A stretch of DNA of 58,939 nucleotides from Candidatus Omnitrophota bacterium (GCA_041663665.1 JBAYMG010000007.1:1-58939); one strand, 5' to 3'; counted from the first letter of the stretch, positions 34,076 through 42,953 are shown. Notes: generated by a model from the letters alone, not told the origin. Program-made: numbers and translations.

Positions 34076-36001
34076 ATGATTAATATTAATAATCTCTCTA
34101 AAAACTATGGAAGTAAGGTCCTTTTCGAGGACATTTCTCTTAATATAAATGAAGGAGAAAAAATCGGCCTTATCGGACCAAATGGTACAGGCAAGAGTAC
34201 TTTATTTTCTTTAATTTTAGGAGAACTTGAATCTACTAAAGGTGAAGTAAGATTAAATAAAGGCGTGCATGTTGGCTATCTTCCCCAGGAGGCGAGTTTT
34301 AAATCTGAACAAACTGTGCTTGCGGAGTTAACTGAAGGCGATGAGAGGATCATGCGCTTTAAGAAAGAAAAAGAAGCTTTGGAATCTAAAAATGAAGCCG
34401 GATCAAAGCGTTACGGCGAGGTTTTGCATGAATTGGAGACTTTAGGTTTTTTTGAGCTTGAGCATAAAGCTGAGAAAATTCTTTCGGGCCTGGGTTTTAA
34501 GGAAAAAGATTTTAACCGGAAAATCGTGCAGTTAAGCGGAGGCTGGCAGATGCGCGCTCTTTTAGCGAAACTGCTTACTTATCAGTATGATCTTTTGCTG
34601 CTTGATGAACCGACTAACTATTTAGATTTAAATGCTGCGCTATGGCTTAAAGATTATCTGGCGAGTTTCAGGGGAACATTTATTATGATTTCACACGACC
34701 GGGCATTTTTAACCGACGTTACCAACTATACCTTGATTTTAGAACATGGTTCGATTTTTAAGGTCCAGGGAAATTATGAGCATTATGAGGAAATAAAAGC
34801 GCAAAGGCTTATTCATTTAGTTAAACAGTCTAAGGAACAGGATAAAAAAATAGAGCAGCTAGAGAAATTTGTGGCAAGGTTCCATGCCCAACCGAATAAG
34901 GCTGCTTCAGTGCGTGCTAAGCGGCGTGTTCTGGAAAAAATGGAAGAAGATAAAGTTGTTTTACCTGCTGACCCGCGCCAGAGTATCAGCAGTTTTACTT
35001 TTCCGCAGACCCGTCGATCCGGGCACCGGGTAGTTAATTTGGAAAAAATTTCAAAAGCTTATGGAGATATTCAGGTTTATAAGGATTTAGATTTTGAAAT
35101 AGCCCAAGGGGAGAAAGCGGTTTTAGCCGGAGAAAATGGAGTCGGGAAATCCACTCTGTTAAAGATTCTGGCTGGAATTGTAGGAATAGATAGCGGGAAT
35201 AGGGCTATCGGACACAATGTGGACATCGGATATTTTTCGCAGACTCGTACTGATGTTTTGAATATCGAAAATACTGTTTTGCAGGAAGCTTATTCGGCAG
35301 CTCCCGGTTATATGGCGGAAGAAGCGGTCAGGACTATTTTGGGTGCGTTTTTATTTAGCGGTGACGATGCTGAGAAAAAAGTTAAGGTGTTGTCCGGAGG
35401 GGAGAAAAGCCGGCTTATTTTAGCTAAGCTTTTGATTAATCCGCCGAACTTTTTACTTTTAGATGAACCGACCACTCACCTTGATGTGGATGCGGTTGAT
35501 GCTTTAGTCCGGGCGCTAAAAAATTATGAAGGCACAATTGTTTTTATCAGCCATGATATTTATTTTGTTAGTTCGGTAGCAAATATTGTTTTTGAGGTTA
35601 AGTCCGGCAGGATCAGGAAGTTCCCCGGGACATTTGATTATTACCTTGAGAAGCGCGATACTTTGACTGATTCGGCAGAAAATCAAAGATCAAAATCTGT
35701 TTCTCATAAACCAATCGATGAAGTAAAAGAGAAAGCTAAAGAAGAAGAGCGTTTGGTTAAAATCGATGAGAAAAAACGTAAGACCAATAATTCTGTAATC
35801 CGTGATAAAATTAATAAGCTGGTGAAAAAAATAGAAGAACTGCAATTGGAGAGTTATGCTAAAGCGCGTGCTTTGTCCAGCCCGCATTTTTACCGCGACG
35901 AAGAAACAGCTAAAGAGTATGGCCGTCGGATGAAAGAGATTGAAAAGCTGATTTTAGAGATTCAAGGCCAGATAAAAGCGCTTGAAAATCAGATTATTTA
36001 G
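34076..36001 (+). CDS. ABC-F family ATPase
   Basis: Two ABC domains (GPNGTGKST/LSGGW/LLDEPTN and GENGVGKST/LSGGEK/LLDEPTTH), no TM segments, coiled-coil tail. Confidence 0.95.
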   Translation: MININNLSKNYGSKVLFEDISLNINEGEKIGLIGPNGTGKSTLFSLILGELESTKGEVRLNKGVHVGYLPQEASFKSEQTVLAELTEGDERIMRFKKEKEALESKNEAGSKRYGEVLHELETLGFFELEHKAEKILSGLGFKEKDFNRKIVQLSGGWQMRALLAKLLTYQYDLLLLDEPTNYLDLNAALWLKDYLASFRGTFIMISHDRAFLTDVTNYTLILEHGSIFKVQGNYEHYEEIKAQRLIHLVKQSKEQDKKIEQLEKFVARFHAQPNKAASVRAKRRVLEKMEEDKVVLPADPRQSISSFTFPQTRRSGHRVVNLEKISKAYGDIQVYKDLDFEIAQGEKAVLAGENGVGKSTLLKILAGIVGIDSGNRAIGHNVDIGYFSQTRTDVLNIENTVLQEAYSAAPGYMAEEAVRTILGAFLFSGDDAEKKVKVLSGGEKSRLILAKLLINPPNFLLLDEPTTHLDVDAVDALVRALKNYEGTIVFISHDIYFVSSVANIVFEVKSGRIRKFPGTFDYYLEKRDTLTDSAENQRSKSVSHKPIDEVKEKAKEEERLVKIDEKKRKTNNSVIRDKINKLVKKIEELQLESYAKARALSSPHFYRDEETAKEYGRRMKEIEKLILEIQGQIKALENQII

Positions 36002-36030
36002 TGATAAAATGCACCACAATTAGATTTTAT

Positions 36031-36106
36031 TCCCCCTTAGCTCAGTTGGTAGAGCGAGAGACTGTTAATCTCCAGGTCCTAGGTTCGAGTCCTAGAGGGG
36101 GAGCCA
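36031..36106 (+). tRNA. tRNA-Asn (GTT)
   Basis: TCCCCCT/AGGGGGA acceptor, G73 + CCA, loop CTGTTAA, CTAGG-TTCGAGT-CCTAG T arm. Confidence 0.95.
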
Positions 36107-36111
36107 ATCTT

Positions 36112-36144
36112 AAACGCCCAAGTAAATGCTTGGGCGTTTTTTTT
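36112..36144 (+). terminator. Intrinsic terminator after tRNA-Asn
   Basis: AAACGCCCAAG-TAAATG-CTTGGGCGTTT followed by a T-run. Confidence 0.85.
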
Positions 36145-36424
36145 GCCTTTGGTTCCTCGAGAATACTCGAACCAAAGGGGTGTGAGGTAAAATTCACCTC
36201 GTACTTAGGGTAGAATAGCGTTAAGGGGTGGTGCTCTCTACTAAAGATCGACGAATTGTTTTTAAATAAACTTAAAGACATTCTTTAGTTTGCGATTCTC
36301 TGTTAATGTGTTAGAATATTATTAAGAAAATGCGTTGATAGGAGTCTGGTTTGGGGTATAAAAAGGATAACAATCAGGTAAAAGTGGTATGTTTGAATGG
36401 TGAATCTGCCACTATAATATAATC

Positions 36425-36459
36425 AAACCTTCGCTCGGATAGGGCGGAGGTTTTTTGTT
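36425..36459 (+). terminator. Intrinsic terminator-like hairpin
   Basis: AAACCTTCGCTC-GGATA-GGGCGGAGGTTT followed by TTTG. Confidence 0.55.
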
Positions 36460-36484
36460 TCAGGATGCAATACAAAGGTTAATT

Positions 36485-36631
36485 ATGTCTAGAGTCAAGA
36501 AATCCGATAGTAAAACAAAAAAATAGAACCATTTGAAGCCACGCTGTGGCAATCGGCGAAATAAGTTGCGCAAGAATATAGATGCGGGAGAATATAAACA
36601 TATATTGCTCGGATTAATTTTTTTGCGAATA
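36485..36631 (+). pseudogene. hsdM: 5' stub of a type I R-M methyltransferase gene, frameshifted and truncated
   Basis: Across two 1-nt shifts in A-runs it reads MSRVKKSDSKTKK/IEPFEATLWQSA/NKLRKNIDAGEYKHILLGLIFLR, the HsdM N-terminal pattern; similarity ends at repeat E1. Confidence 0.75.
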
Positions 36632-36749
36632 GTAGACAGTCTATGTAACTTGTTATGAGTGGTAAATTTATGAAACAAATATTTGGAATAGGCTATGTGC
36701 ATTTGTTTTGTTAGTGTTAGGATATTAAGCGGTTATGTAAACTGTTTAC
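36632..36749. repeat. Repeat E1: 118 bp element with 18 bp imperfect terminal inverted repeats
   Basis: GTAGACAGTCTATGTAAC ... GTTATGTAAACTGTTTAC (14/18 complementary); aligns with E2 and E3. Confidence 0.8.
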
Positions 36750-36769
36750 ATCCCGGAGCGTGAAGGAAG

Positions 36770-37129
36770 ATGGAAAAAAGTTTCGCGGTAGATTTTGCCA
36801 ATGATTGGATTAGTGCTTGGAATAGCCATGATCTGATAAGGATTCTTTCTCATTATAGTGATGATTTTGAGATGGCTTCGCCGATGATCGTGGAGATTAT
36901 GGCTAATTCTTCCGGAGTTTTGAAGGGGAAGGATGCGGTTGGCGCTTATTGGGCTAAGGCATTGCAAATGGTTCCCAATCTGCGTTTTGAGCTAATGATG
37001 GTTTGTGCGGGAGTAAACAGTATTACAATCCAGTATCGGGGTGTTGGCGGAAGGATTGCCGTTGAAGTTTTCTCTTTTGGCCTTGATCGCAAGGTCACCA
37101 AGGCGCATGCGCATTATGAGGAAAAGTAG
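36770..37129 (+). CDS. SnoaL/NTF2-like family protein
   Basis: FANDWISAWNSHDLIRILSHYSDDFEMASP...GKDAVGAYW. Confidence 0.88.
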   Translation: MEKSFAVDFANDWISAWNSHDLIRILSHYSDDFEMASPMIVEIMANSSGVLKGKDAVGAYWAKALQMVPNLRFELMMVCAGVNSITIQYRGVGGRIAVEVFSFGLDRKVTKAHAHYEEK

Positions 37130-37170
37130 CGTTTTTGTTTTTATGATTAACGATAAAGATAAGAAAGGTT

Positions 37171-37770
37171 GTGACGGGATTGAATAAAATCCTTATTTTA
37201 AACGGCAGTCCGAAGAAGAACGGCAATACCACCAAGCTTGTCTCCTGGTTCAGCGCGGAGGCGCGCGCAAAGGGCGCAAGCGTCAAGATTGTGTGTGCGG
37301 CGTCTTTGGTATCTAAGGTAAACGGATGTACCTCCTGCCGGGCCTGTCAGAAAAGCGCAAAGTATGAATGCGTGATAAAAGATGACGTCAATGATGTCTT
37401 AAAAGAGATGCAGAAGGCGGATGTGATCGTTTTTGCCACACCGCTTTATTTCTACGGGCCGAGCGCCCAACTTAAGTTGATTATCGACCGGATGTTTTCG
37501 CTTTATAAGTGGGATAATAAGACTAATACTTTTACTTCTCCGATGAGAGGAAAGGCGATGGGCCTTATCTTAAGCGCTTATGAAGATACCGGGTTGGATA
37601 TAGTCGAGAAGTCTTTTAAGCTTATCGCGGATTACAGTGATATGAGATTTAGTTCTCTCCTGGTGCCTGACGCGCGAGAGTCGGGAGAAGTTCAGGATAC
37701 AAGAGGAATTCGCGGCAAGGTCAAGAAGTTTGCGCAAAGTCTAAAATTAGGAGATGCTTCAGGGGTTTGA
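37171..37770 (+). CDS. Flavodoxin family / iron-sulfur flavoprotein-like protein
   Basis: LNGSPKKNGNT, CTSCRACQK...C, ATPLYF, LKLIIDR; GTG start with AGAAAGG RBS. Confidence 0.88.
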   Translation: MTGLNKILILNGSPKKNGNTTKLVSWFSAEARAKGASVKIVCAASLVSKVNGCTSCRACQKSAKYECVIKDDVNDVLKEMQKADVIVFATPLYFYGPSAQLKLIIDRMFSLYKWDNKTNTFTSPMRGKAMGLILSAYEDTGLDIVEKSFKLIADYSDMRFSSLLVPDARESGEVQDTRGIRGKVKKFAQSLKLGDASGV

Positions 37771-37786
37771 ATTGGAGATGTTTTAG

Positions 37787-38209
37787 ATGTTGGATTGGAA
37801 GATATTCGCGATTGGGTCGGCGGTGTTCGCGGGAATGACCGCGGTTTTAGCTAAGGTTGGAGTAAAGAATATTTCCTCAAATCTGGCTACTTTAATACGT
37901 ACGGTGGTGATTATTTTATTTTTAGGGATATTAGTTGTTATCCGCAAGGAATGGCAAAATCCTTTTGAGATTAATCGCCGCAGTTTGATATTCCTGGTTT
38001 TGTCCGCGATTACAACCGGGCTATCCTGGATATGCTATTACCGGGCCCTGCAGACAGGACCGGCTTCTTTGGTTGCCCCGATTGATAAATTAAGTGTGGT
38101 ATTTGCGGTATTCTTGGCGCTTTTATTCTTGGGTGAACGCCCGGGAATATATGAGTGGGTTGGAATCGGGCTTATTGTTAGTGGGACGTTAATAATTATT
38201 TTAAAATAA
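37787..38209 (+). CDS. EamA/DMT-family small transporter
   Basis: SAVFAGMTAVLAKVG, ATLIRT, TGLSWICYYRAL, VAPIDKLS. Confidence 0.9.
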   Translation: MLDWKIFAIGSAVFAGMTAVLAKVGVKNISSNLATLIRTVVIILFLGILVVIRKEWQNPFEINRRSLIFLVLSAITTGLSWICYYRALQTGPASLVAPIDKLSVVFAVFLALLFLGERPGIYEWVGIGLIVSGTLIIILK

Positions 38210-38256
38210 GGTTAAGTGATGTTAAGGTAGGGAGGCCGGGGAAGCCTGGATCATAT

Positions 38257-38328
38257 ATGAAAAGATTTATTTGTTGCGCGGTAATGGTATTGTTATCTAC
38301 CGGATTACTTTTTGCTCAAGAAAAATAA
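38257..38328 (+). pseudogene. Signal-peptide-only gene stub next to repeat E2
   Basis: MKRFICCAVMVLLSTGLLFAQEK* ends 12 bp before E2. Confidence 0.45.
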
Positions 38329-38340
38329 CATAGTAGAAAT

Positions 38341-38460
38341 GTAGACAGTCTATGTAATTTATTGCAACCAATAGTGTTATATAACAAATATTTTAACTTA
38401 AGATTATCTGTATTTCTTTTGTAATTCTTTTAGTTTTAAATAGTTGCATACACTGTCTAC
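38341..38460. repeat. Repeat E2: 120 bp element with 18 bp terminal inverted repeats
   Basis: GTAGACAGTCTATGTAAT ... GTTGCATACACTGTCTAC (15/18). Confidence 0.85.
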
Positions 38461-38506
38461 TTCTTACTTCTTAAGCGAGGTGTATTTGTGTAAAAAGGAG
38501 GTTGGT

Positions 38507-39601
38507 ATGGTAAAAAGGTATTTAGCGGTTGTTTTGGTTGCAACGGGGATTTTCTTTACGCTGGCAAGAGGTTCATCTTTTGCTTGCACGGATTTTCAGG
38601 TGAAGGCTAAAGACGGCACGGTGGTGATCGGCCGCTCTATGGAATTTCCCGTGGATTTACATTCTAAGGCGATTATCGTGCCAATCGGTGAACAGTTTGT
38701 TAGCATAAATAACAAGGGGGCCAAGGGAATAACCTGGACGAATAAATACGGTTTTCTGGGAATAGATGCTTATAATCTTAAAAATTGCTATGTGGAGGGT
38801 TTTAATGAGGAAGGCTTGGCTTTTGACGCCTTAATGTTTACCGGGGCGGAATATCAGGAGGCAGTCCCAGGGAAATTCGTAACGGTTAACGATTTTGGGT
38901 CCTGGATTATGGGAAATTTCGCAACCGTTGAAGAGGTAAAAGGAGCTTTATCTAAAATGAATGTTGCGGGAAATAACTTGAAAGAAACAGGCGGAGAATT
39001 GTACATGCATGTTGCTGTACATGATGCTCTGGGGAAGAACCTGGTGATTGAGTTTATCGGTGGGAAGGTGAAAGTTTATGATAATCCGTTAGGCGTAATG
39101 ACTAATCGCCCGGATTTTGAGTGGCAGATTAATAACTTAAGAAATTATATTAATCTGGAGGCGCAAGATAAAAAAACCCGGATGCTTAACGGCTTAAAAT
39201 TAGAGCCCACCGGAGTTGGCAGCGGCCTGCTGGGGTTACCCGGTGACTGGACTCCTCCGTCAAGGTTTGTGCGCGTCGCGTTTTCTTTAGACGCCTCTCT
39301 GTCGGCAAAAGATGCCCTTGAGGCCGTAAATCTGGCGGAACATCTTTTAAACGTGGTGGATATTCCTAAAGGGGTGATTGAGGAGAATCCTGCTCCTTTA
39401 GTGCATATGCAAGGTTATGCCCAATGGGTGGTGATTAAAGATTTGACGAACCGTATTTTGTATTATAAAACTTACGAAAATACCGCGTGGAAGATGATCG
39501 ACTTAAAGAAATTCAGCTTTGAGCCGGGATCCGCCAAAAAATCCATAGTCATAGATGATCAGCAGCAAAATTTTATCGATCTAACTGACCAACTAAAATA
39601 A
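38507..39601 (+). CDS. Exported linear amide C-N hydrolase (choloylglycine hydrolase/penicillin V acylase family)
   Basis: AAGGAGG RBS + ATG 38507, signal peptide then SFA|CT Ntn nucleophile, GRSMEF, NEEG, LPGDWTPPSRF. Confidence 0.92.
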   Translation: MVKRYLAVVLVATGIFFTLARGSSFACTDFQVKAKDGTVVIGRSMEFPVDLHSKAIIVPIGEQFVSINNKGAKGITWTNKYGFLGIDAYNLKNCYVEGFNEEGLAFDALMFTGAEYQEAVPGKFVTVNDFGSWIMGNFATVEEVKGALSKMNVAGNNLKETGGELYMHVAVHDALGKNLVIEFIGGKVKVYDNPLGVMTNRPDFEWQINNLRNYINLEAQDKKTRMLNGLKLEPTGVGSGLLGLPGDWTPPSRFVRVAFSLDASLSAKDALEAVNLAEHLLNVVDIPKGVIEENPAPLVHMQGYAQWVVIKDLTNRILYYKTYENTAWKMIDLKKFSFEPGSAKKSIVIDDQQQNFIDLTDQLK

Positions 39602-39707
39602 AAGTAGTCCGCAGCGGTAAGTTGTTGCGTAAAAGGAAGGTTTTGATTCAATCAACTAAGGAATCGGGATGATTAATGGTAAATAAAAATAAGATTGCGA
39701 GGGAAAA

Positions 39708-40334
39708 ATGAAAAAACTTCTGCATATTATTGCTTCACCGCGTAAAGAAGAATCACGTACACTACGGGTCTCAGCGGTTTTTCTTAAGACGTTTAAGGAA
39801 AGTCATCCGGATTGGGTGGTTGAGGAGTTGGATCTTACTCAGGAACAGCTGCCTTTGCTTAGCGCTAGGCGCCTGGACGGTAAATATGTACTTTTAGGGG
39901 GTAAAGATCTTCCCGAGGAGCTAAAAGAAGCCTGGAAGGAAATCATTGCGCATATCGAGCGGTTTAAGTCCGCGGATGCTTATCTTGTCAGCACTCCGAT
40001 GTGGAATTTCAGTATTCCGTATACATTAAAGCATTATCTGGATGTTATTTTACAACCGAGATACCTGTTTCGATATACGGCTACCGGAGTCGAAGGATTG
40101 ATAAAAAATAAGCCGGTGATTGTGATTACCAGCCGTGGCGGGGATTATACTGTTCCTGAGAGGCGCGCGGGGGATTTTCAAGAGCCGTATCTGCGTTTTG
40201 TATTCGGGCTCATTGGTGTCACGGATCTTAGTTTTATTAACGCCCAACCCATGGATATGGGCGGGGATCTTCAGACTCAGAAAATAAATGAAGCTCAAGC
40301 TAAAGCAAAAGAGCTTGCTGCGCGATTAGGGTAA
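39708..40334 (+). CDS. azoR: FMN-dependent NADH-azoreductase (AzoR/AcpD family)
   Basis: IIASPR, STPMWNFSIPYTLKHYLD, ITSRGG, QEPYLR..FG.IG. Confidence 0.92.
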   Translation: MKKLLHIIASPRKEESRTLRVSAVFLKTFKESHPDWVVEELDLTQEQLPLLSARRLDGKYVLLGGKDLPEELKEAWKEIIAHIERFKSADAYLVSTPMWNFSIPYTLKHYLDVILQPRYLFRYTATGVEGLIKNKPVIVITSRGGDYTVPERRAGDFQEPYLRFVFGLIGVTDLSFINAQPMDMGGDLQTQKINEAQAKAKELAARLG

Positions 40335-40342
40335 GAAGATCG

Positions 40343-40462
40343 GTAGACAGTTTATGTAACCCGTTATAAATTATATTGTTATGTAACAAATATATTAGAG
40401 ATAATTATTGCGTATTTCTTCTGTAATATCAAGAATCGCATATAGTTACATACACTGTCTAC
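40343..40462. repeat. Repeat E3: 120 bp element with 18 bp terminal inverted repeats
   Basis: GTAGACAGTTTATGTAAC ... GTTACATACACTGTCTAC (17/18). Confidence 0.85.
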
Positions 40463-40541
40463 ATTACTAAAGATAGAGAGTGTGTTTAGTATATTGTTTG
40501 CAGGGTTTTTTGTTTAGGCTATAATAAATTTAAGTTACACT

Positions 40542-40712
40542 AAATCAGCGGCAAAGAAATATCAAAAGACAATACCGGCAGCTCCGGATGAAGAATATTA
40601 TATCTTGAGTTTTAATACAGTTTTTGGAAATAAAGCATCTGCTATAGAAACAGTTACTGTCATGAAGGATCAGGATGGTCAGTGGCGTTTGGCAGGATAT
40701 TTTGTAAGATAA
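40542..40712 (+). pseudogene. 3' remnant of a DUF4019-like gene
   Basis: KSAAKKYQKTIPAAPDEEYYILSFNTVFGNKASAIETVTVMKDQDGQWRLAGYFVR*; in-frame TAG at 40515-40517 and no ATG after it before this segment. Confidence 0.65.
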
Positions 40713-40746
40713 TTCTATATGCACTTTTGGTTGTCAGGCGGATAAA

Positions 40747-42555
40747 ATGTATATATTAGGAATCTCTTGTTTCTATCATGATAGCGCGGCGTGTATAGTT
40801 TGCGATGGCAAGATTATCGCTGCTGTCCAGGAAGAGCGCTTTACCCGCAAAAAGCATGATGCCGGTTTTCCGATCAATTCTATAAATTATTGCCTAGAAA
40901 AGTCAGGGATTGGCGGCAAGGATTTAAATTTTGTTGTATTCTACGAAAAACCGTTTATTAAGTTTGAGCGTATTTTGGAAACCGCGCTTAGTTATGCTCC
41001 AAGCGGAATAAGCCAATTCATTGAAGCAGTACCTGTTTGGCTTAAGCAAAAGCTTTGGGTTACTGAGATAATCAGGGCTCGCCTGGGTTTTAACGGGAAA
41101 GTTCTTTATACCGGGCATCATGAGTCGCATGCCGCAAGTGCGTTTTATCCTTCGCCTTTTAAAGAGGCCGCATTTTTAACAATAGACGGAGTTGGAGAAT
41201 GGGAGACGGCAAGTTTTGGCCTTGGTCAAGACAACAACTTAACTATTCAACAGTATCTCGAATTCCCTAATTCTCTAGGCTTGTTGTATTCGGCGTTTAC
41301 TTATTATATCGGTTTTAGGGTTAATTCCGGAGAGTACAAGCTTATGGGGCTGGCTCCTTATGGCCGGCCGATATATAAAGATATAATTTTTAAAGAACTG
41401 ATTGATCTAAAAGATGACGGTTCATTTAAGATTAATATGAGATATTTCGGGTATTGTAATAGCCTGCGGATGACAAATTGGCGTTTTAATCGTCTTTTTG
41501 GCGGTAACCCGAGAAAGCCTGAAACTAAAATTACTCAGAAACATATGGATCTAGCCGCTTCTATCCAGGCAGTAACGGAAGAAATTATGCTTAAGATGGT
41601 TAAGCATGTTCATAAGGTTACTGGACAGAATAAGCTTTGCCTTGCCGGAGGAGTGGCGTTGAATTGCGTAGGTAATGGAAGAATTTCCCGTGAAGGCCTG
41701 TTTAAAGAGATTTGGGTGCAACCGGCAAGCGGGGATGCGGGGGGCGCGTTAGGTGCGGCACTTTTAGTTTGGTATAAATATTTAGGTAATATGCGTAGTG
41801 TAGACGGGGCTAATAATTTACAGAAAGCTTCATTGTTGGGCCCTGCTTATAGTGATGAAGATATCGAGGACTTTCTTAAAAAAAGCAAGATTCCTTATGT
41901 CCGTTTGGGGTATGCTGATATAGTAGAAAAAGTTTCCGATTTGATTGTTGATGGCATGGTTGTTGGCTGGTTTCAGGGGAGAATAGAATTTGGCCCTAGA
42001 GCTCTTGGGGCAAGAAGTATTTTGGGGGATGCCCGTAATCCGGGTATGCAGTCTAAGATGAATCTCAAGATCAAACATCGTGAATCTTTTCGCCCTTTCG
42101 CGTCTGCTGTTTTAAAGGAGGATGCTTCGGAATGGTTTGAGTTAGGCCAAGAAAGCCCCTATATGCTTTTGGTGTCCCCGGTAAAAAGCGATAAAAGGTT
42201 AGAGGTAAAATCAGATTTAAGCGGATTTGATAAATTAAAGATAATACGTTCTTTGGTCCCTGCAGTAACGCATGTGGATTATTCTTCCCGGATCCAGACA
42301 GTTAATAAAGATGATAACCCTCTTTATTATGACCTGATTGCTAAGTTTTGCAGTAAAACCGGATGTCCGGTTATAATCAATACATCTTTTAATGTCAGAG
42401 GAGAGCCGCTAGTTTTAACTTACGAAGATGCTTTTAAATGTTTTATGCGCACGGAAATTGATTATTTAATGCTGGGTAGTTTTCTGTTGAATAAGAAAGA
42501 TCAGGAGCCTATTGTCGAAGATGCAAACCGGCGAAAGGAATTTGAATTAGATTAA
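40747..42555 (+). CDS. O-carbamoyltransferase (NodU/CmcH/SxtI family)
   Basis: LGISCFYHDSAA, QEERFTRKKH, HHESHAASAF, DGVGEW, EYKLMGLAPYG, AGGVALNC, GDAGG, EFGPRALG, LNTSFN-like INTSFN. Confidence 0.95.
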   Translation: MYILGISCFYHDSAACIVCDGKIIAAVQEERFTRKKHDAGFPINSINYCLEKSGIGGKDLNFVVFYEKPFIKFERILETALSYAPSGISQFIEAVPVWLKQKLWVTEIIRARLGFNGKVLYTGHHESHAASAFYPSPFKEAAFLTIDGVGEWETASFGLGQDNNLTIQQYLEFPNSLGLLYSAFTYYIGFRVNSGEYKLMGLAPYGRPIYKDIIFKELIDLKDDGSFKINMRYFGYCNSLRMTNWRFNRLFGGNPRKPETKITQKHMDLAASIQAVTEEIMLKMVKHVHKVTGQNKLCLAGGVALNCVGNGRISREGLFKEIWVQPASGDAGGALGAALLVWYKYLGNMRSVDGANNLQKASLLGPAYSDEDIEDFLKKSKIPYVRLGYADIVEKVSDLIVDGMVVGWFQGRIEFGPRALGARSILGDARNPGMQSKMNLKIKHRESFRPFASAVLKEDASEWFELGQESPYMLLVSPVKSDKRLEVKSDLSGFDKLKIIRSLVPAVTHVDYSSRIQTVNKDDNPLYYDLIAKFCSKTGCPVIINTSFNVRGEPLVLTYEDAFKCFMRTEIDYLMLGSFLLNKKDQEPIVEDANRRKEFELD

Positions 42556-42556
42556 A

Positions 42557-42949
42557 ATGGAAAAACTTAATTTGGATAAAAAAACATTTAAAAAATTCGG
42601 GATAACCTTTGGTTTAATTTTTTTAGTTATCTCAAGTTTACTTTTCTTCCGGCATAAATATGCCGGTGCGCAGTTTAGCCTTGTAATTTCGGGCATATTC
42701 GCGGCTGCGGGATTGTTTTTACCTGCTTTTTTAAAGCCGGCGTATATAATTTGGATGCGTTTTGTTTTTATTTTAGGTTGGATTAATACCCGGCTTATTC
42801 TAATTGTTATGTTTTATGCAATTTTTGCTCCGTTAGGCTTGTTTATGAAATTATTCAGAATTGATTTATTGGGGCGGAGGAAAACAGGAGACACATATTG
42901 GAACAAAAAGATAGAGCCTAACCCCTTGGATTATGAAAGGAGATTCTAG
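42557..42949 (+). CDS. SxtJ-family membrane protein
   Basis: FKKFGITFG, WMRF..ILGWINTRLIL..FY..FAPLGL. Confidence 0.85.
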   Translation: MEKLNLDKKTFKKFGITFGLIFLVISSLLFFRHKYAGAQFSLVISGIFAAAGLFLPAFLKPAYIIWMRFVFILGWINTRLILIVMFYAIFAPLGLFMKLFRIDLLGRRKTGDTYWNKKIEPNPLDYERRF

Positions 42950-42953
42950 CTTT

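Noticed and set aside
36632-40462. E1-E3 as integron attC sites
   Set aside because: AAC/GTT triplets are present, but the conserved palindrome extends 15 bp outside them, the RYYYAAC/GTTRRRY boxes and R-L spacing do not fit, modules hold several genes, and no intI is in the window
36632-40462. E1-E3 as a CRISPR array or pdif/dif ladder
   Set aside because: Units are about 120 bp and separated by 1.6-1.9 kb of genes; no 11-6-11 XerC/XerD layout; no cas genes
36031-40750. Classical integrase-driven island with an attR copy of the tRNA-Asn 3' end
   Set aside because: I found no duplication of the tRNA 3' end and no integrase in the window; only the weaker accessory-region claim is kept
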